Under the pieces are notes generated by a model. It was given only the letters and a program-made list of their open reading frames with translations. It searched no databases and was not told where the DNA came from. A stretch of DNA of 64,000 nucleotides from Antedon mediterranea (lineage: Eukaryota; Animalia; Echinodermata): positions 27,900,001-27,964,000 of the forward strand of contig NC_092674.1 of assembly GCF_964355755.1 (NCBI RefSeq), given 5' to 3'. A program made the position numbers and the translations under genes. Positions 37,501-56,546 of the stretch are shown one piece after another. The stretch's first letter is position 1. Each line of letters opens with the position of its first letter.

Positions 37501-40500
37501 AATAGTTTTTGTTAGTTGTGACCTTGACCTATGACCTTTCCCCCTCAAATTCGAACTCGTCCGAGCTTTTTGGGCATAGATCATTGTGTCCAAATTTGGT
37601 TAGAATCGGATAAAAACTGTGGCCTCCAGGCTGTTCACAGACACACACACGTACACACACACACAAACACACACACAAACATACAGGGGTGAAAACATAA
37701 CCTCCTTGGCGGAGGTAACTAGAAATTACAGTATTTACAAGCAACAATACAATAAATTAATCATTGGGAGTACTTTAAAGAGGATTGTTTCTCCCATGCA
37801 GGACTTAAATATTTTTTACAAAATGTATCAAATGAGTTATATGATTTATTAGAAAAAGGAACAGACTCTCCTCCTAATATAAAACTTAATTTGTTTTCAT
37901 CATTTATTTTTTCATTTATTACAAGCCTACAATAACAAGTTGTAAACTGGTATATTGCTAGTGTGCTAAACTACAACAATAAGTAGCAATAGTACAGTGT
38001 TCTCACAATATAAAGTTTCTAACAGCAACTATGTTAAATTTCTCTATAGATACATGCAATAAAACTACTGGTACACTGGCTTGAAGGTCTAAAAGCGAAC
38101 GCAGGAGGTTCTGGCTCGTCTACTATCCGATTGCTAGCAACAATGATTAAAAACGACGGTGATCTTATGGAAAGGCAAAAGATTCAGTAAGCTGTTCTCT
38201 TCACTCTCAAAGAATTGTAATAAAGCTCTGTCCACACTATCAAACTTTATGCGACAAAAAAATGTGATGTGCCCATATATGGTCATGATAATGTCATATC
38301 ACTACTATATTTAAGCATATCACTGCCATGTTTAGGCACATCACACTTTTTTGTCAAACTAGTTTGATAGTGTAGACAGAGCTTAAGTATATGTTTGTCA
38401 TTATTTAATGGGGAGGCCACTTTGTTACCTACTAGCTTTAACAGCTATCAGGCTTCTCCATGAGATTTGTCTCCAAACTGTCATAAAATAAAACAATAAA
38501 ACCTTTTAAATAACATTCTTTTTTTTTAAATCATCACGCTTTTTTTTCTAGGAGAGCTGACATGGCTAGGCTACGACTTGCTGCTGGCTGTGCAATGCTA
38601 AAGTTAGCGCAAGAACCCTGCTTTGCAGAACTAATGACACAAGACCAATTCCAGCTAGTGGCCTTACTTATTAATGTGAGTCATGTAGGCCTATAGTTAA
38701 ATTTCAACCAGACTTGCTCTGTAATTAAAAAATTTTGAATGAAGATGGATGTATATTTGTTTTTATTTCTATAATAATAAGATATATTCGGCAAAAGTTC
38801 TTAAAAAGTATGTTTTACATTTCATCTTGCCAAGAGCAAGTAATAGGCGTGAGCTCAAACAGAAAAACTGCTCTTACTACATCGTTATTATAATAATATA
38901 ATTATATATATATATGATTTATATATAAATAAAATTGGGCCCTGCGTTTGACCTGAAAAGCCCAAGAACTTCGGCAAATCGCAGACTAAGGTTACGAATA
39001 GGGGGTGCTGTTCTATGACTAGCAAAGCTACAGTAATAGCAACCACTAACATCTTGTAATTGCCAGATTAAAATTTGTTGAAAACAAGTTGAAATGTAGC
39101 ACACGCACTTCATTAATGGTTTAACGTAAAGAATTATATATAGATAGTAATTTGACATGTTTCTTTACTTTAGGATGAATGTTATCACGTTCGCACTCGT
39201 TTTGCTAAGAAGCTTAACAAGCATCTGGCCACACTTAAGCTACCGCTAAGCTATATGAGCATCTTCTCGCTGTGCGCCAAAGATCCTGTGAAGGAAAACC
39301 GGACACAAGCCAGACAGTTCATTGTGCGCAACATACAGACAAGGAGGGAGTGTGTACGCCAACATGTTAGAAATAATGGTAAAGATTTTTATGGAGTTCT
39401 TTTCTAGCATTAAAGATGTATTGTTCCCCGAAACATGAAAAATGAAGATTAATCAGACTTTGATTAGGCCATGTTGCGGTTTTAATAACAAGTGTTTCAC
39501 TTCTGTAGAAAAAAACAATTATTATTTCAATTCACTTTCAAATGGTTGATCCAGTTTTTGGTCAAAGTTAACTAAAGTTATTAAAATGGCATATTTGACA
39601 CACAATTTACAACAAAAAATATTTTCGGGGGACAATATATCTTTAAGTAGATCTAATTAATTATATGATTCTAAAAATATTGGTGTATTTGATTGACATA
39701 ATGTCTATTTTTGATTGACAGCTCAAATGATGAGTTTATTACCAGAATATGTGATTCCATACACCATTCATCTCCTGGCACATGACCCCGACTTTGTTAC
39801 CTTAAAGGATTTAGAAGCCATGAGAGATATTAAAGAGTAAGTATTTAATTGAATCAGCTGCTTTGTGTAATAATAATAATACTTTCTTAAGCTTTGTCTA
39901 CACTATCAAACTAGTTTAACAAAAAGGTGTGATGTGCCCAAATATGGTAGTGATATGCTAAAATATGGTAGTGATGTGCCCAAATATGGTAGTGATGTGC
40001 CCAAATATGGTAGTGATATGCTAAAATATGGTAGTGATATGCTAAAATATGGTAGTGATATGACATAGTTGTGTCCATATGGGCACATAACTTTTTTTTG
40101 TGACATAAAGTTTGATGGTGTAGACTGAGTTTAATATAGCACATATTATAAGCAAGCTCTCAATGTGCTGTACATAAAGTGAAATAGCCGAGCAAAAATT
40201 AATGAAAAACTTGTTTGAAATGCATTCTAGCGCTTCGATTGGTTTAATAGAATAATTGATTTTTATTTCAGATGTTTACTTTTTATGCTGGAACCATTGC
40301 TTGCAAAGAGTGAGAATTTTAGTTTTCTTAAGAAGCTGATTGAAACAATTAAAACAATGAAAGATGGGCAGAATCCTGATGAAAAATCTGCAAACAGGGT
40401 AGGTATATCAAATGGATAGTATACAGTAATGGAAGTTTATGAGTGTAATGGTACAAATAATGGCATGAGGTGAATGATAAAAGGTTATATTTCAATGAGG

Positions 40501-43500
40501 CATATGACCCACAATCATCCAATCAAATGACAGGAATTTATTTGTGTGTAATATATACACCAATATATGTATAGTATACACATTATGAATGTATGTTAAA
40601 GATATATTGTCCCCCTAAAAAAATGTAATTTAAAGCAAAATATAACCAAATTGTCTAGAAGACAATGGTTGAAATTAACCGTTTCTTTTGTCTTTTTATA
40701 AGTGAAATAATTATTTTTGATTTTTTTTTTCTACAGAAGTGAATAACTTTATTAGAACTGTGAAATTGCCTATTCAAAATCTGATTTTATTAATCTTTAT
40801 TTGTCATGTTTTTGGGGGACAATACATCTTTAACACTAATGTAACACTAACTAATGTATTCATATTACGCTATTTATACTTTCTCATTGTCATACAAATT
40901 TCTCTTTTTTTCCCTCCAGAAATTATATGCAGTGTGTGATTTAGCGCATGGCCTGCTAATGTCCAAGAGTGCCAGTTTTGACCTTAAGGAATACCCCACA
41001 CCAACCGCATTACCTTCTAAGCTGTTTTCAAAGCCAAAGAAACCACTCAACAATTCTGAGAGCTTTCTGCCTAAAGCCATGCAACACGAGTTTAATGTTA
41101 GTGATAGCAAAGTAAGTCAAATGAGGTTAGCATAGACAAGCACAGCTAAGTATTAAACCTAGAGTTTTTATCAGAAATTGGGGTGAAATGGTTTATTTAC
41201 TTATTTTGTGTTCTTTGTTTTTTGGGGTTTTTTTTTTTTTTTATCTTTGTTTTTTTTCCATGTCGTGTGTACTTGTGTTTTGACGTTGTTTTTGTATGTT
41301 ATTACTGTTGTATATGATATTTAATATTATAAATGTTTATAATACTTTCACAACATTTACAATTGATTATACTTTAAAAGGGTTTTTGCCTCTTTTATTG
41401 ATTTTTTTATACCAATTTTCATTTTTTTTATTACAATTTTTGGCCCTTTTTACTTATCTTAATTTTATTACCAATTTTAGCATATTACTTTGATTTTCAC
41501 TCTGTTTTAATTTCACCAAAAATAATAAATTAAAAGCAATGTGTTAAATTTGATTTGAAAGAAATAAATGTTGATTTTGATGTTAATGGAACTGAGACAC
41601 TTAACTGATAAATTGATCTTTCAGCCAAAGAATGCAACGGGCAAACAAGTAGAATCTCCACCCAAGAATGAGGAATCAACAAAAGAAGGAAGGTCAACCA
41701 GAAGGAAGTCAGAGAAATCTGATGAAAACACACCTAGTAAAACAAACGAGAAAGCGCAAGAAGAAGAAGTGCCAACCTCTAAAAAACGTGGCAGAAAAAG
41801 TAAAGCGGAAACATCTACCAGTAATAATAATAAGAGACCATTGAGGGAGTCTCATTCATCTCAGGTTGAGTCATCTTCGTCGACGTCAAGTCCCGCCAAA
41901 GTTGGGAGGAAACGAACCGCGGAAGGTTCTCCCGCAAAAACAATAAATAAACGTATTAAGGTTAATGGCATTGCACCGAAAAAATCAAGCGCACGGTTGA
42001 AATCTTCTAAGAAAACGGACGATTCTGGTCAAACTGATTCGCCGTCTAAGTTGCATATTGACAACAAAGGTATGGTTATTAGGGACTTGTCGTCTCAAAG
42101 TAGTAGCGAGAGCGAGGTCAAGAAACCAAGAGGTCGTCCGCCAAAATCACCAGCTAATGTGAAATCTCCTAGTACTGCGAAAGGTAGAGGAAAAACGAAA
42201 TCTGTACCAGAATCACAAAGTATTAAAAGGTATTTATAGAAGTATAAAACAGCATGTATAAGTATAAAAGTATTTTTATAAGTATAAATATAATAAAGAT
42301 ATTTTTATGTATAGTCTTTAACATTTTTATTATCAATGAAATAATCAATATTGTTATCAAATATCAATAAATTTATATATTTTCCTTCACTAAAGCTCTG
42401 TCCACACTATCAAACTAGTTTGACAAAAAAAGTGTGCCCAAATATGGTAGTGATATGCCCAAATATGGTAGTGACATGACATCATGTCCATATATGGGCA
42501 CATCACATTTTATTGTCACATAAAGTTTGATAGTGTAGACAAAGCTTAAGGATTTATTTCAAAAAGGGTAATTACAAGGATTAATATTCTTTTCAGGTTT
42601 TTCACAAAAACGTCTCAGTCTTCACTTTCCTCCTCATCATCACAAGAGAGCTCAGATTTACTCTCATCAAGTGATGCATCACCAGCTAAGAAATCAAAAC
42701 TCTCCACTTCACCCAGTAAAAAAATCACACAAATAAGCAGTGCAAAGAAAAATACCTCTCCAATAAAAAAGGCTTTGAATTCATCAAGAAAGTCACCAAC
42801 TAAAAGGCTCCTTGCCACCAAGTCACCAAAGAGATCTCGTCAAGTTGTTTCCAGTCCTGCAAAGAGCCAACAACAAGTTAAAAATGGTTCTTCATCGACT
42901 GCGACCACCTCGGATTCGTCTGACAAACAGTCGCCTAAGAGACCCTCAACTTCAGATTCGTCTGACAAACAGTCGCCTAAGAGGCCCTCAACTCGAGTAA
43001 AGTCTTCACCGGTTAAGAGAATGACTCGAACAAGGGCATCTCCAGTCAAAAGAAAGTTGCCAATGTCACCGCAAAAGTCCACACCAGTAAAGAGGTCTAA
43101 GATATCAACCCCATTGAAAAAACTATCTCCAGTTAAAAAATCCAAGCTATCTTCAGTAAAGAAACTTACAGCAAAGTCTTCACCGATGAAGAAGTCTAAA
43201 CCATCAAGTCCAGTGAAAAAGTCACCAGTTAAAAAAGCTGTATCTTCTCCAGTTAAAAAGGTTACAAAATCTCCAGTTAAAAAGGTTACATCATCACCAG
43301 TTAAAAAGGTTACATCATCTCCAGTTAAAAAGGCTACACCAGTCAAGACCAGTCTGTAAGTAAATTGTCCACTATTCATAGAGTATTGTTTTATTTTCAA
43401 CGTATTATTAACTGTATTGTAAAAAAAAAACAACCATTTTATTTTTTAGCAGAAATGTGCGCAGAGCACCAGCAAAGTTAACAAATGGGACGTCAAACTC

Positions 43501-43772
43501 ACAGACCGACAGTGAGGGAAGTGGACGGTCAAGCAGGAAGATTAAGCCAACTCCGAAGGCTGCGGCGGCAGCAGCAGAGGCCGCAGCCAAACAGAACAGA
43601 AAATCACCAAATAAAGCAGGAGTGACTCTTAATGTACGTCTACTTGACATTTATACAATAAATTGAAGATTTTTTAGCTTTAAAATTGGTGTTTCAATAT
43701 CTGATTTAACTGTATTTTATGTTTTCTTTTGTTTTTTAGATATCTCGGAAAAGCCGAAATAGACGGCGATAG
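25506..43772 (+). CDS. PDS5: Sister chromatid cohesion protein PDS5 homolog (25 coding exons, about 1646 aa)
   Basis: Exons 25506-25613, 25729-25926, 30361-30545, 30930-31137, 31850-31990, 32159-32274, 32779-32873, 33064-33209, 33491-33642, 33799-34043, 34269-34408, 35099-35314, 35605-35765, 35867-35990, 36531-36755, 38050-38186, 38552-38675, 39174-39378, 39722-39836, 40272-40398, 40920-41111, 41625-42229, 42597-43355, 43450-43633, 43740-43772 sum to 4941 nt in frame. Diagnostic [62 protein letters not shown]. Confidence 0.96.
26366..30327 (+). mobile_element. Full-length hAT DNA transposon (hAT5-type, 5-bp TSD) in PDS5 intron 2
   Basis: 15-bp perfect TIR CAGGGAAAAATTTCG...CGAAATTTTTCCCTG; TATTG duplicated at 26361-26365 and 30328-30332. 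Confidence 0.93.
27133..29387 (+). pseudogene. hAT transposase (ZNF862/DUF4371-like), two exons, one premature stop
   Basis: Zn finger WCSVC...[36 protein letters not shown] at 28999-29001. A GT-AG intron at 29015-29127 joins IVFP to [24 protein letters not shown] (hAT C-terminal dimerization domain with catalytic Glu). Confidence 0.88.
30562..30723. mobile_element. Harbinger/Tourist-like MITE family 1
   Basis: TIR AGCTCTGTCTACACTATCAAACT with internal 21-bp repeats (gcccaaatatggtagtgatat-like). Confidence 0.85.
31157..31309. mobile_element. MITE family 1 (partial copies also at ~4467-4547, ~31379-31485, ~33302-33425)
   Basis: Same TIRs and body. Confidence 0.85.
32356..32565 (+). mobile_element. 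5S rRNA-derived sequence (SINE3-like element or 5S pseudogene)
   Basis: cacgttgaaacactggttcttgtcagatcaccgaagttgagcaacgttgggcccggttagagctgggatgggagacc matches the 5S internal region with boxes A and C. It continues into a non-5S body and an A-rich (aaatacaaac)n tail. Confidence 0.75.
34497..35033. mobile_element. Kolobok-like non-autonomous element
   Basis: TTAA-AGATGTATTGTCCC...GGGACAATACA; right end degenerate. Confidence 0.65.
36384..36510. mobile_element. MITE family 1, TTA TSD
   Basis: tta-AGCTCTG...CAGAGCT-tta. Confidence 0.9.
36800..37056. mobile_element. MITE family 1 with expanded internal 21-bp repeat (~7 units)
   Basis: Repeated gatatgcccaaatatgatact between the family TIRs. Confidence 0.85.
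37156..37720 (+). mobile_element. HINE/Helentron-like element carrying a tRNA-like segment
   Basis: 5' subterminal ACCTCCGCC, two ~110-bp core repeats, (CA)n microsatellite, 3' stem-loop ACCTCCTTGGCGGAGGT. A box (TGGTGTAATGG) and B box (GGTTCAAGTCC) plus T-run at 37301-37390. Confidence 0.7.
38224..38383. mobile_element. MITE family 1, TAA TSD
   Basis: taa-AGCTCTG...CAGAGCT-taa. Confidence 0.9.
39414..39642. mobile_element. Kolobok-like MITE, TTAA TSD
   Basis: TTAA-AGATGTATTGTTCCCC...GGGGGACAATATATCT-TTAA. Confidence 0.8.
39890..40130. mobile_element. MITE family 1 with ~6 internal 21-bp repeats
   Basis: Family TIRs; tandem aaatatggtagtgat(atgct/gtgccc). Confidence 0.88.
40600..40829. mobile_element. 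Kolobok-like MITE, TTAA TSD (decayed relative at ~6090-6250)
   Basis: TTAA-AGATATATTGTCCCC...GGGGACAATACATCT-TTAA. Confidence 0.8.
42394..42546. mobile_element. MITE family 1, TAA TSD
   Basis: taa-AGCTCTG...CAAAGCT-taa. Confidence 0.9.
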
Positions 43773-46063
43773 ATAGATAGATGAACCATCAGACAACCTT
43801 GCTAGAAATCTCTATTTTAGCAGTATTAGCTGTAGTGCTATGATGGGTGCAATTGCATCCCATGTGAATTGGGTTGCATACAGATGCATGATAATATACA
43901 ATTTGTAGCCTTGTATTTTGGAGTGGAAGTCAGGGCTTAAAGGTTGCACTAGGGTTGCAGTGTGAATGCCACCAGTAACCATACTGTGTTTAAGATTACT
44001 GACCATGGAAGCTCAGCTGCAGCTCCTTGGTGTGATGAGTTGCAACATGGAGGATGTACTGGACATTGGTTCAAAGTAATCGAGTCTTGTTGGTTGCATT
44101 GAAGAATAATGTTGCAACTCTTTGGTGAGTTCCAAATGGATAAAAGTGCTGGATTGTTTGTTTGATTGCAGACAAAAATACAAATTTATCAAGTCATGGG
44201 CTGCATTGAAGTTTCAAGTACAGTTGACCAGTTGCAGTTCTTGTTGATGAGTTGCAAATGGATAAAAGTACAATTGCAAATCTGTAATGGATTGCAAGTG
44301 GATGCAAAGCTTGAAGGATACAGTTGCATTTCTCTTGTAGTTGTGAAGCAGCGAAAAGGAGCTATTATTGCAGTTGCAAATTCAATCAGTTGTTTTGCTA
44401 GAATTAATATTTTGGAAACTTTTTAAAATTAGGCAAGAAGTATTTCTACATTTTTAAATCTTTCATTCAGTGAGTTCCAGCATAAATCAGCTTGAAAATC
44501 TTGTAAATGTTTTAATTATGAATGAAATAAAATAAAAATATTCTTGTCTTTCATCTTTTTAATATATATATATATATATATACCTGTATTATATATATTG
44601 CAGCTAAATGTCTACACAATTGTAAAACTGTTGTATAATAATTATTCTCAAACGTTTTCCTCTTGATGTATTTCCGATGAATTTTGCAACAGTTATGTTT
44701 CAAGTAATGTACAGATAGTGTTCCTAAATTATTTATTACCAATGTCAGTAAATCAATTTGGGGAATAGCAGGTTTTTTTTTTAATGTTTTTTTACTGTAA
44801 TAAATTAAGAATATGTTAATTATTGTGTATTTTTTTTGGGAAGAAAGGGGTGTTTTTTGTAATGTAATGGATAAATTGATTTTTTACTACATGATATCAG
44901 CTATGCACAGAATGTTACTGAGGACATTTTAATTTGTAACTGTTTAATGTTTATGAGTTGAAACAGTGAAAAAAGTAAATGTGCGAAATGCAGGGGTGGG
45001 TCCAGAATTCATTTTACAGCGAGTGCTAACAAATAATATTAATAGTCAATAAAAGATATCAAAAGTTGGTTCCATAATTTTAAAAAAAGGAGGGAGTAAG
45101 CACACACTCTGGATCAGCCCAATGAAATACTTGAATTAAATGTATTCATACAAACTTTAAAAAAAAATGTTCAACTTTCATTTATTGAATTTAAATTCAT
45201 TTTAATGTTAATTGTATTGCTTTTAATTGATACAGTATTAATTAATCACTGTACTTATATTGATTAAATCATTTGTATTTAATACATTGATTAAAATAAT
45301 CGCTATTTAATTGTTATCTTTGATTTAATATTTAATATTTGTATCATGCAAATTAATTTTATCTGTCCTGAATTGTTTAAAACATTTTTTTTTAAATATT
45401 TTATACTAATAGTCATTAGATAATCTTAATGCTGGTTTATATTGTAAAATGTATTTCAAATATACTGTGTATTTGGTTTTTAGTGAATTTGTAACATAAA
45501 ATGACTAATTGTATTACTGTTTTTAAATCCCATGTTGAAATGCTTTTTGAGATTGTAAATAAGATTCTTGGGTTTGGAACCAATGTTCACCTTTCAGTTT
45601 TTGTTTTTAGACTTTTTGTTTGTTCATCATCATAACATATACATATTGCCATCATTATGTGGGTATTGCGGCTCATTATTCGAAAATGAATCCGTTTAAA
45701 CTAACCAAGTGATTCAATTCGATCACATTCTATGGTTATTTGCACTTGGGCTCTATGAAAGGGCGTTGTGGTGACCTCTAGCTTTGCTAAGTTTAAACGT
45801 AACGCTTACTAAAATAGCATTCACACTGCGTGTCTTCGTGTCAACTTGACCAGTCGCTTTCGTTTGTATAATGCACCACTCGATGTGGCATTTATCGCAT
45901 TTTTTTTACCAATTTATAGAGCTGCAGGGTAGGTGCGCGTATTAACCAAATCGGTACAATCCACATAGGTTCAAAGATCACCGTTGTCCTATTGGTAGAA
46001 TAAGGTCCCAATGCTTCTTTCAATTTAACACGGTTTATTGTCTGCTGCTCGCACAAACCATTA

Positions 46064-46258
46064 AGCTTTGTCTACATTATCAAACTTTATGTGATATGGC
46101 CATATATGGACACGATGACGTCATATCACTACCATATATGGACACGATGACGTCATATCACTACCATATATGGACACGATGACGTCATATCACTACCATA
46201 TTTGGACACATCACATTTAATTTGATGTACAGGGTAGTTTGATAGTATAGACAGAGCT
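46064..46258. mobile_element. MITE family 1, TTA TSD, with a triplicated 33-bp internal unit
   Basis: Family TIRs; (tatatggacacgatgacgtcatatcactacca)x3. Confidence 0.88.
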
Positions 46259-48394
46259 TTAGTGGATCAGGAGTTGTAAGTAGTTGGTCCACACCTGTCC
46301 ACAATTCATCCAATTTACAATTTCCCGTATTTAGCATTTCTGTGCAACATTAAACAAATCACAATTTTATTTCATTTATTTTATTATGATTTATTAACCT
46401 ACAAAGAAAGTTGTATGATACAGAAACTATTATAAATTCCAAAGAAAAAAAAACTTATGCATAAAATAGTTTCCAATAATTATTGCAATACAGTCCATAG
46501 GAAAAACAATAATTATACACACTGCATTCTATCTACGGTCTATCAATCCTAAACTCAATAGAGGAAAAACTAAATTCTAATTTTATAATCGGAGAAATAT
46601 TTTTTTGCGGGAAAACAATAAAAAAAAACTATTGATGTGTACACAATTACTGTTTTAAAATGAAACCGAAAAATAGGAGGTAAGCATAAATTGTTTGACT
46701 AAATTAGATATTTTAATAAAGAATTTTGCCCAAGCACATTAAAAATTAGCTTAAAAATTATTTGTTTTTTAAAGGGCGTAAGTTATCGGACAATATCAAC
46801 CTCTCATCTTGATGATATACTACACGCCTATGGATTCGGAAAGTAATTCTGCACAATGTTGGACTTGATCGATGCGTATCTAGTGGACTACATCACGATA
46901 CAAAAGGTGAATAAATTAGGGGAGGATCCAGGCTCCTAGGAGCACTCCCCCATTTAAAAAATCTGTCCCTGCTAATAAAAACATTATAGGGATACAAGTA
47001 AATTACATCATATTAATAAATGTTTCGATAACGTGGGTATTATCATTAATACAGACCTAAATTGTATTAGGAGATTTTATAAATTTTATCATTTATTGAA
47101 ATTACTAATTTACTAGATTCAGCACCAAACATTTTGTGGTAATAAAGTTTCGATTTATATCCATTTGGCTAATTGACGAGTGTACAGATAAAATATCTAT
47201 GGTACAGAGATATATAACAATTACTACTTGTTGCATTTACAATCATTTACAATTTTTTTACAGAAATTTACAAGTGGAAAACAGCGTGTTTCTGCCTAAA
47301 TTAGAAATAGTAAGATGAAATGATTTTATTATTTGTCAATGCATGCAATATGTTTATTAAATTGTGCCTAATAGATATTTTTCGATTTGAGTACCTACTA
47401 CCTGATACAGAAACAGTATCGTGTCTTCTGACAGCATTATTTATCCCATATGTGATACAGTAGTAGTGAGAGCTTACTTATCGGGTTAAGTTGATGCTAT
47501 GGTATGGGCTGTTGCTGTCAGCAGACACGATACTGCAGGATGTTTATTGTCGCCAGACATGATACTGTACAAGAATCGGTTGAATACCAGTAATACAGTA
47601 TTGTCATTTAATTTTTACTTATTTACTTTATTGCAGCATTTATTTCACTGCAGAGCACATTTAATTTGGTGATATTCCATAGATTGAGATGCCCAATTGT
47701 TAGATAATATTTTTACCTGTTCCGGGCACATGGTGCTGCCCATTATTCAATCATTTTATATAAAATGAACAAAATTTACTATCAAAGTGTTAAGAATTAA
47801 TTACAAATATTATAAACACATGCAGAAATAAATTATTTAAAACTGATAACATTTCAGCCCGACAACATCAACACAGGCTTCATTATGAATTAAAGAAGGG
47901 GAGACATGCATACATATTAAACGGCAGAAAGCAGTGTGGGAGCACTCAAATTTAATAAAAAAAAAACTGGTTACTACTCGGAGAGTGGAATGCATTTAAA
48001 AGGTGCATGGACGCTAGGTTATCTTTGTCCACAGTCTGTGTCACCAGTGAGTATAAGCAATATTATCATTAGCTAATTATTTATAATATCGAGTGAACAG
48101 ATGGTTTTTAATTAATTTTCTTTTATAGCAAGTAAAATTATTTTATTATATAAACTTTATATTTTGTTGGCGTTGTTTAAGCTCCACATATTTGTTAGGT
48201 CTTTCTTTTATTTTCACTCCGACGACCGTCACACATGGTTTGTCTACCAATGTCTTTATCAGTAACATCAGTTGCCATTAACATTGGACTATGATTTTCA
48301 TTTTCTGCTGTTCTGTTTGCTGGTATGCCTCCCCCTATATCACAGCACTTGCATTAATACATCTTGCAAATTTATTTAAAAGTCTTATGTGTTG

Positions 48395-49901
<1,507 letters not shown>

Positions 49902-51038
49902 ACTTCCATAAACATAAACTCAATTTAATTGTTTACAATTCTAAGTCTATTGAAAGTGTAACAACAAGAAACACTAAATAAACTACAAAATATTCGCTCA
50001 GTTTTTTACGTAAAGACCAAAATGGGACTGGTTCACGAGCGAAGCAAAAGTACGAATATCGTTAGGCCGAACGCCCAATTGACCGAGCGAATTACTGTCT
50101 AACGTTTATTAGTTGGTCGGTCGGTCGGTAAACACTAACTCAAATTTGCGCACGCAACTGCAGCCATGTATATGGCCTTGTTTTAACGGTGATGCGGTGC
50201 GATAGAAGAGAAATGTTTCTTTTTATTTGATATAATAGATCGAAAGTACTAAAAATGGTACTTAAAACGAATGCTTGCGGAAATTATTTTAAGGGTGAGA
50301 TGAAAATTATGACAAAACAGAATATTAAATGCATGAAATTAAATTAATTTTTAGAAATGGTTATGGTAATGTTATGACATAGGCCTATAAAACGTAACCC
50401 CATTATATTAAGCTTGCCATGGAGGTATAACCATATGGCTTAGCTTGGCTGTTATATTATGTAATCTCGTTTTCCTTCATTGCGATTCTTCCCATAGAAT
50501 ATAAAATAATAAAATTGACCTCCTAAACTAATTTTTTTTTCAATTGTTATATGTCATTTTAATGTCACACAATAGTTATTTACTTTGACAAAAAAAATTT
50601 GATGAAAAAAAAATGTATTTACCTGAAAAAAAAAAAACTTTAAAAAAATGATTCGCACTTTTGGGTGTAGTTCGACCTCCCATTGATATTTTGAATGGTA
50701 GGCCTACAACGTAATATAGGCGTAATAACTACACGATTACTCGAATTTAATCTTTTATATGCGTAATCCAGTGTAATACAAATGACCAAGGCCTATTTAA
50801 AAACGAAATGTATTTTTATTTTATTTCCAAAAGATTCTGTTTACTTTTTGTTATCTGACCCCCACTTTCTTTGATGACATGCGCACTAATTGACCAATCA
50901 CCGTCCAGATTTTTCTGAGCCATGGATGATCTTGAACACATGTATTTTGTCGAATCTGGCGCACTTACTTTTTGTGGTCAGTCTTCATCTTTAATTTTTA
51001 GCCTGTATATTTTATAAACAAAACATTCCTGTGTTAAA
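49902..51038. promoter_or_regulatory. Divergent UBE2K/PRPS1 promoter region
   Basis: Head-to-head ATGs 1.14 kb apart; CCAAT at ~50894, TGCGCA at ~50146 and ~50880; CpG-richer patches. Confidence 0.55.
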
Positions 51039-54959
<3,921 letters not shown>

Positions 54960-56546
54960 CAATGCAAACATGCCTATGGACAGAATCCGTTGCTTGGTTC
55001 TGTAATTCATCCAGTCTGTATGTATATAATCTGTTAAGATCTGCTAGGTGTTGTCGGTTCCAAATATGGTAACAATTGTCTTTTAAAACTTTACGGAAAT
55101 TTACCGTATACCAAAAAACACACAAATTCCTGCAGGTGGTCTGTGGGTATTTCTTTAATAGAAGCTGTAAAGGCATTATTTATTTTGAGATTATTATTTC
55201 TCTATTAACATACATTTTTATTTTTGATATACAGTGGTATTACAAGGTGTTTAAAGCTATTAACAGATTTGTAGGTAGGTGTGGTGGAAATCTAGAAAGT
55301 GTGTTGTATAAACCTTGTCTGTGATGCCTCAAGTGTTTGTACCCAGGCAAACAAAAACATGAAATTGAGGATTAGTTGAAAAAAAACCTGGAACCATGCG
55401 TTAATTGGCCTCAGTGTTTCCTCGCAATGTTTTTAATTTTTACCGAATTGTTTCGATCGCTATCGTGTATGAAGTGTTTATTTATTGTTTGTATTCATTT
55501 GTAGTATTGGTTAGTTTCAGAAAGTAATTTAAACAAAAAACTTCTAAAAGTAAGAAAAAAACATGGTAAAGAATATACTGTATTATGGTGGTAATCTCAT
55601 AGTGGCCAGTAAATTAAAAAAAAACAAATATGGAAAATACATTCCATATATGGTATATTTAATCGTTTCCTCTCTTATATTAAAATTATTCTTTTTACTT
55701 GAATCTTTTTAGGTGAATTAAAATAGTTTATTTTCCTGCTTGCTTCAATAAATACAAATATTGGTTTTTCTTAACTTGAGTACCGAAGATATTTATGATT
55801 ACTTTTCAATATTTTTTTATTTTATGCGAATAATTTACCCAGTTAATTTGAAATGAATGTGAAGCTATGGAAATTAAAAAGAAATTTGGGGAAAAAATGA
55901 TTGACTACATTGAATTTATTCATAGTTGTCTGTTGAGATCGCCTCATGAGATCTACATCTGTAGCTTAAAACCTTATAGTGGTCACTTAGCAAATCCATG
56001 TACTCTTAGCTACCTCTCTTTATACAGTATTTCATTATTTGCTTACTTTTTTTCAGCCCAGCTCAATTGCAATAGCTTTCATCGACACCACCATAATTCT
56101 TTTCGATGTATTGACCCTCATTTTGCCATGTTCATCTGAGAGAGCCAACTGGTCTCTCAAATGAAAAGCACTTTTTAATAAAGTTTATTCTTTTAGCCAC
56201 ACAATTTTAGTTTAGTTATTCCGTTAGTAGGGACAAACAATAACAATTTTAAGCACCAGATTCGTTCTGTGATTATTTAATTTAAATAAATAAACTATGT
56301 TAATAAATGCAATTGAACTTAAAGCTCTGTCTACACTATAAAACTTTGTGTGACAAAAAAATGTGATGTGCCCATATATGGACATGATGATATCACTACC
56401 ATATTTGGGCACGTACTGCATTCACTGTGTACAGTATATTATAACTAACATTTCTTTCCCTATGTAACAACCTGTAATAAGTCATTGGAAACGCGAGTTT
56501 TATTTATATTTGATCTATTTGAACTGTCTACTGACGAATTAAGACG

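Noticed and set aside
39906-40144. Repetitive ORFs (SLPYLG/HYHI repeats), also at 36762, 31097, 52564, 56224 and 57466
   Set aside because: Chance translations of MITE family 1 and its 21-bp repeat.
42840-43433. 197-aa minus-strand ORF with FLTGD repeats
   Set aside because: Antisense shadow of the PDS5 SPVKK exon.
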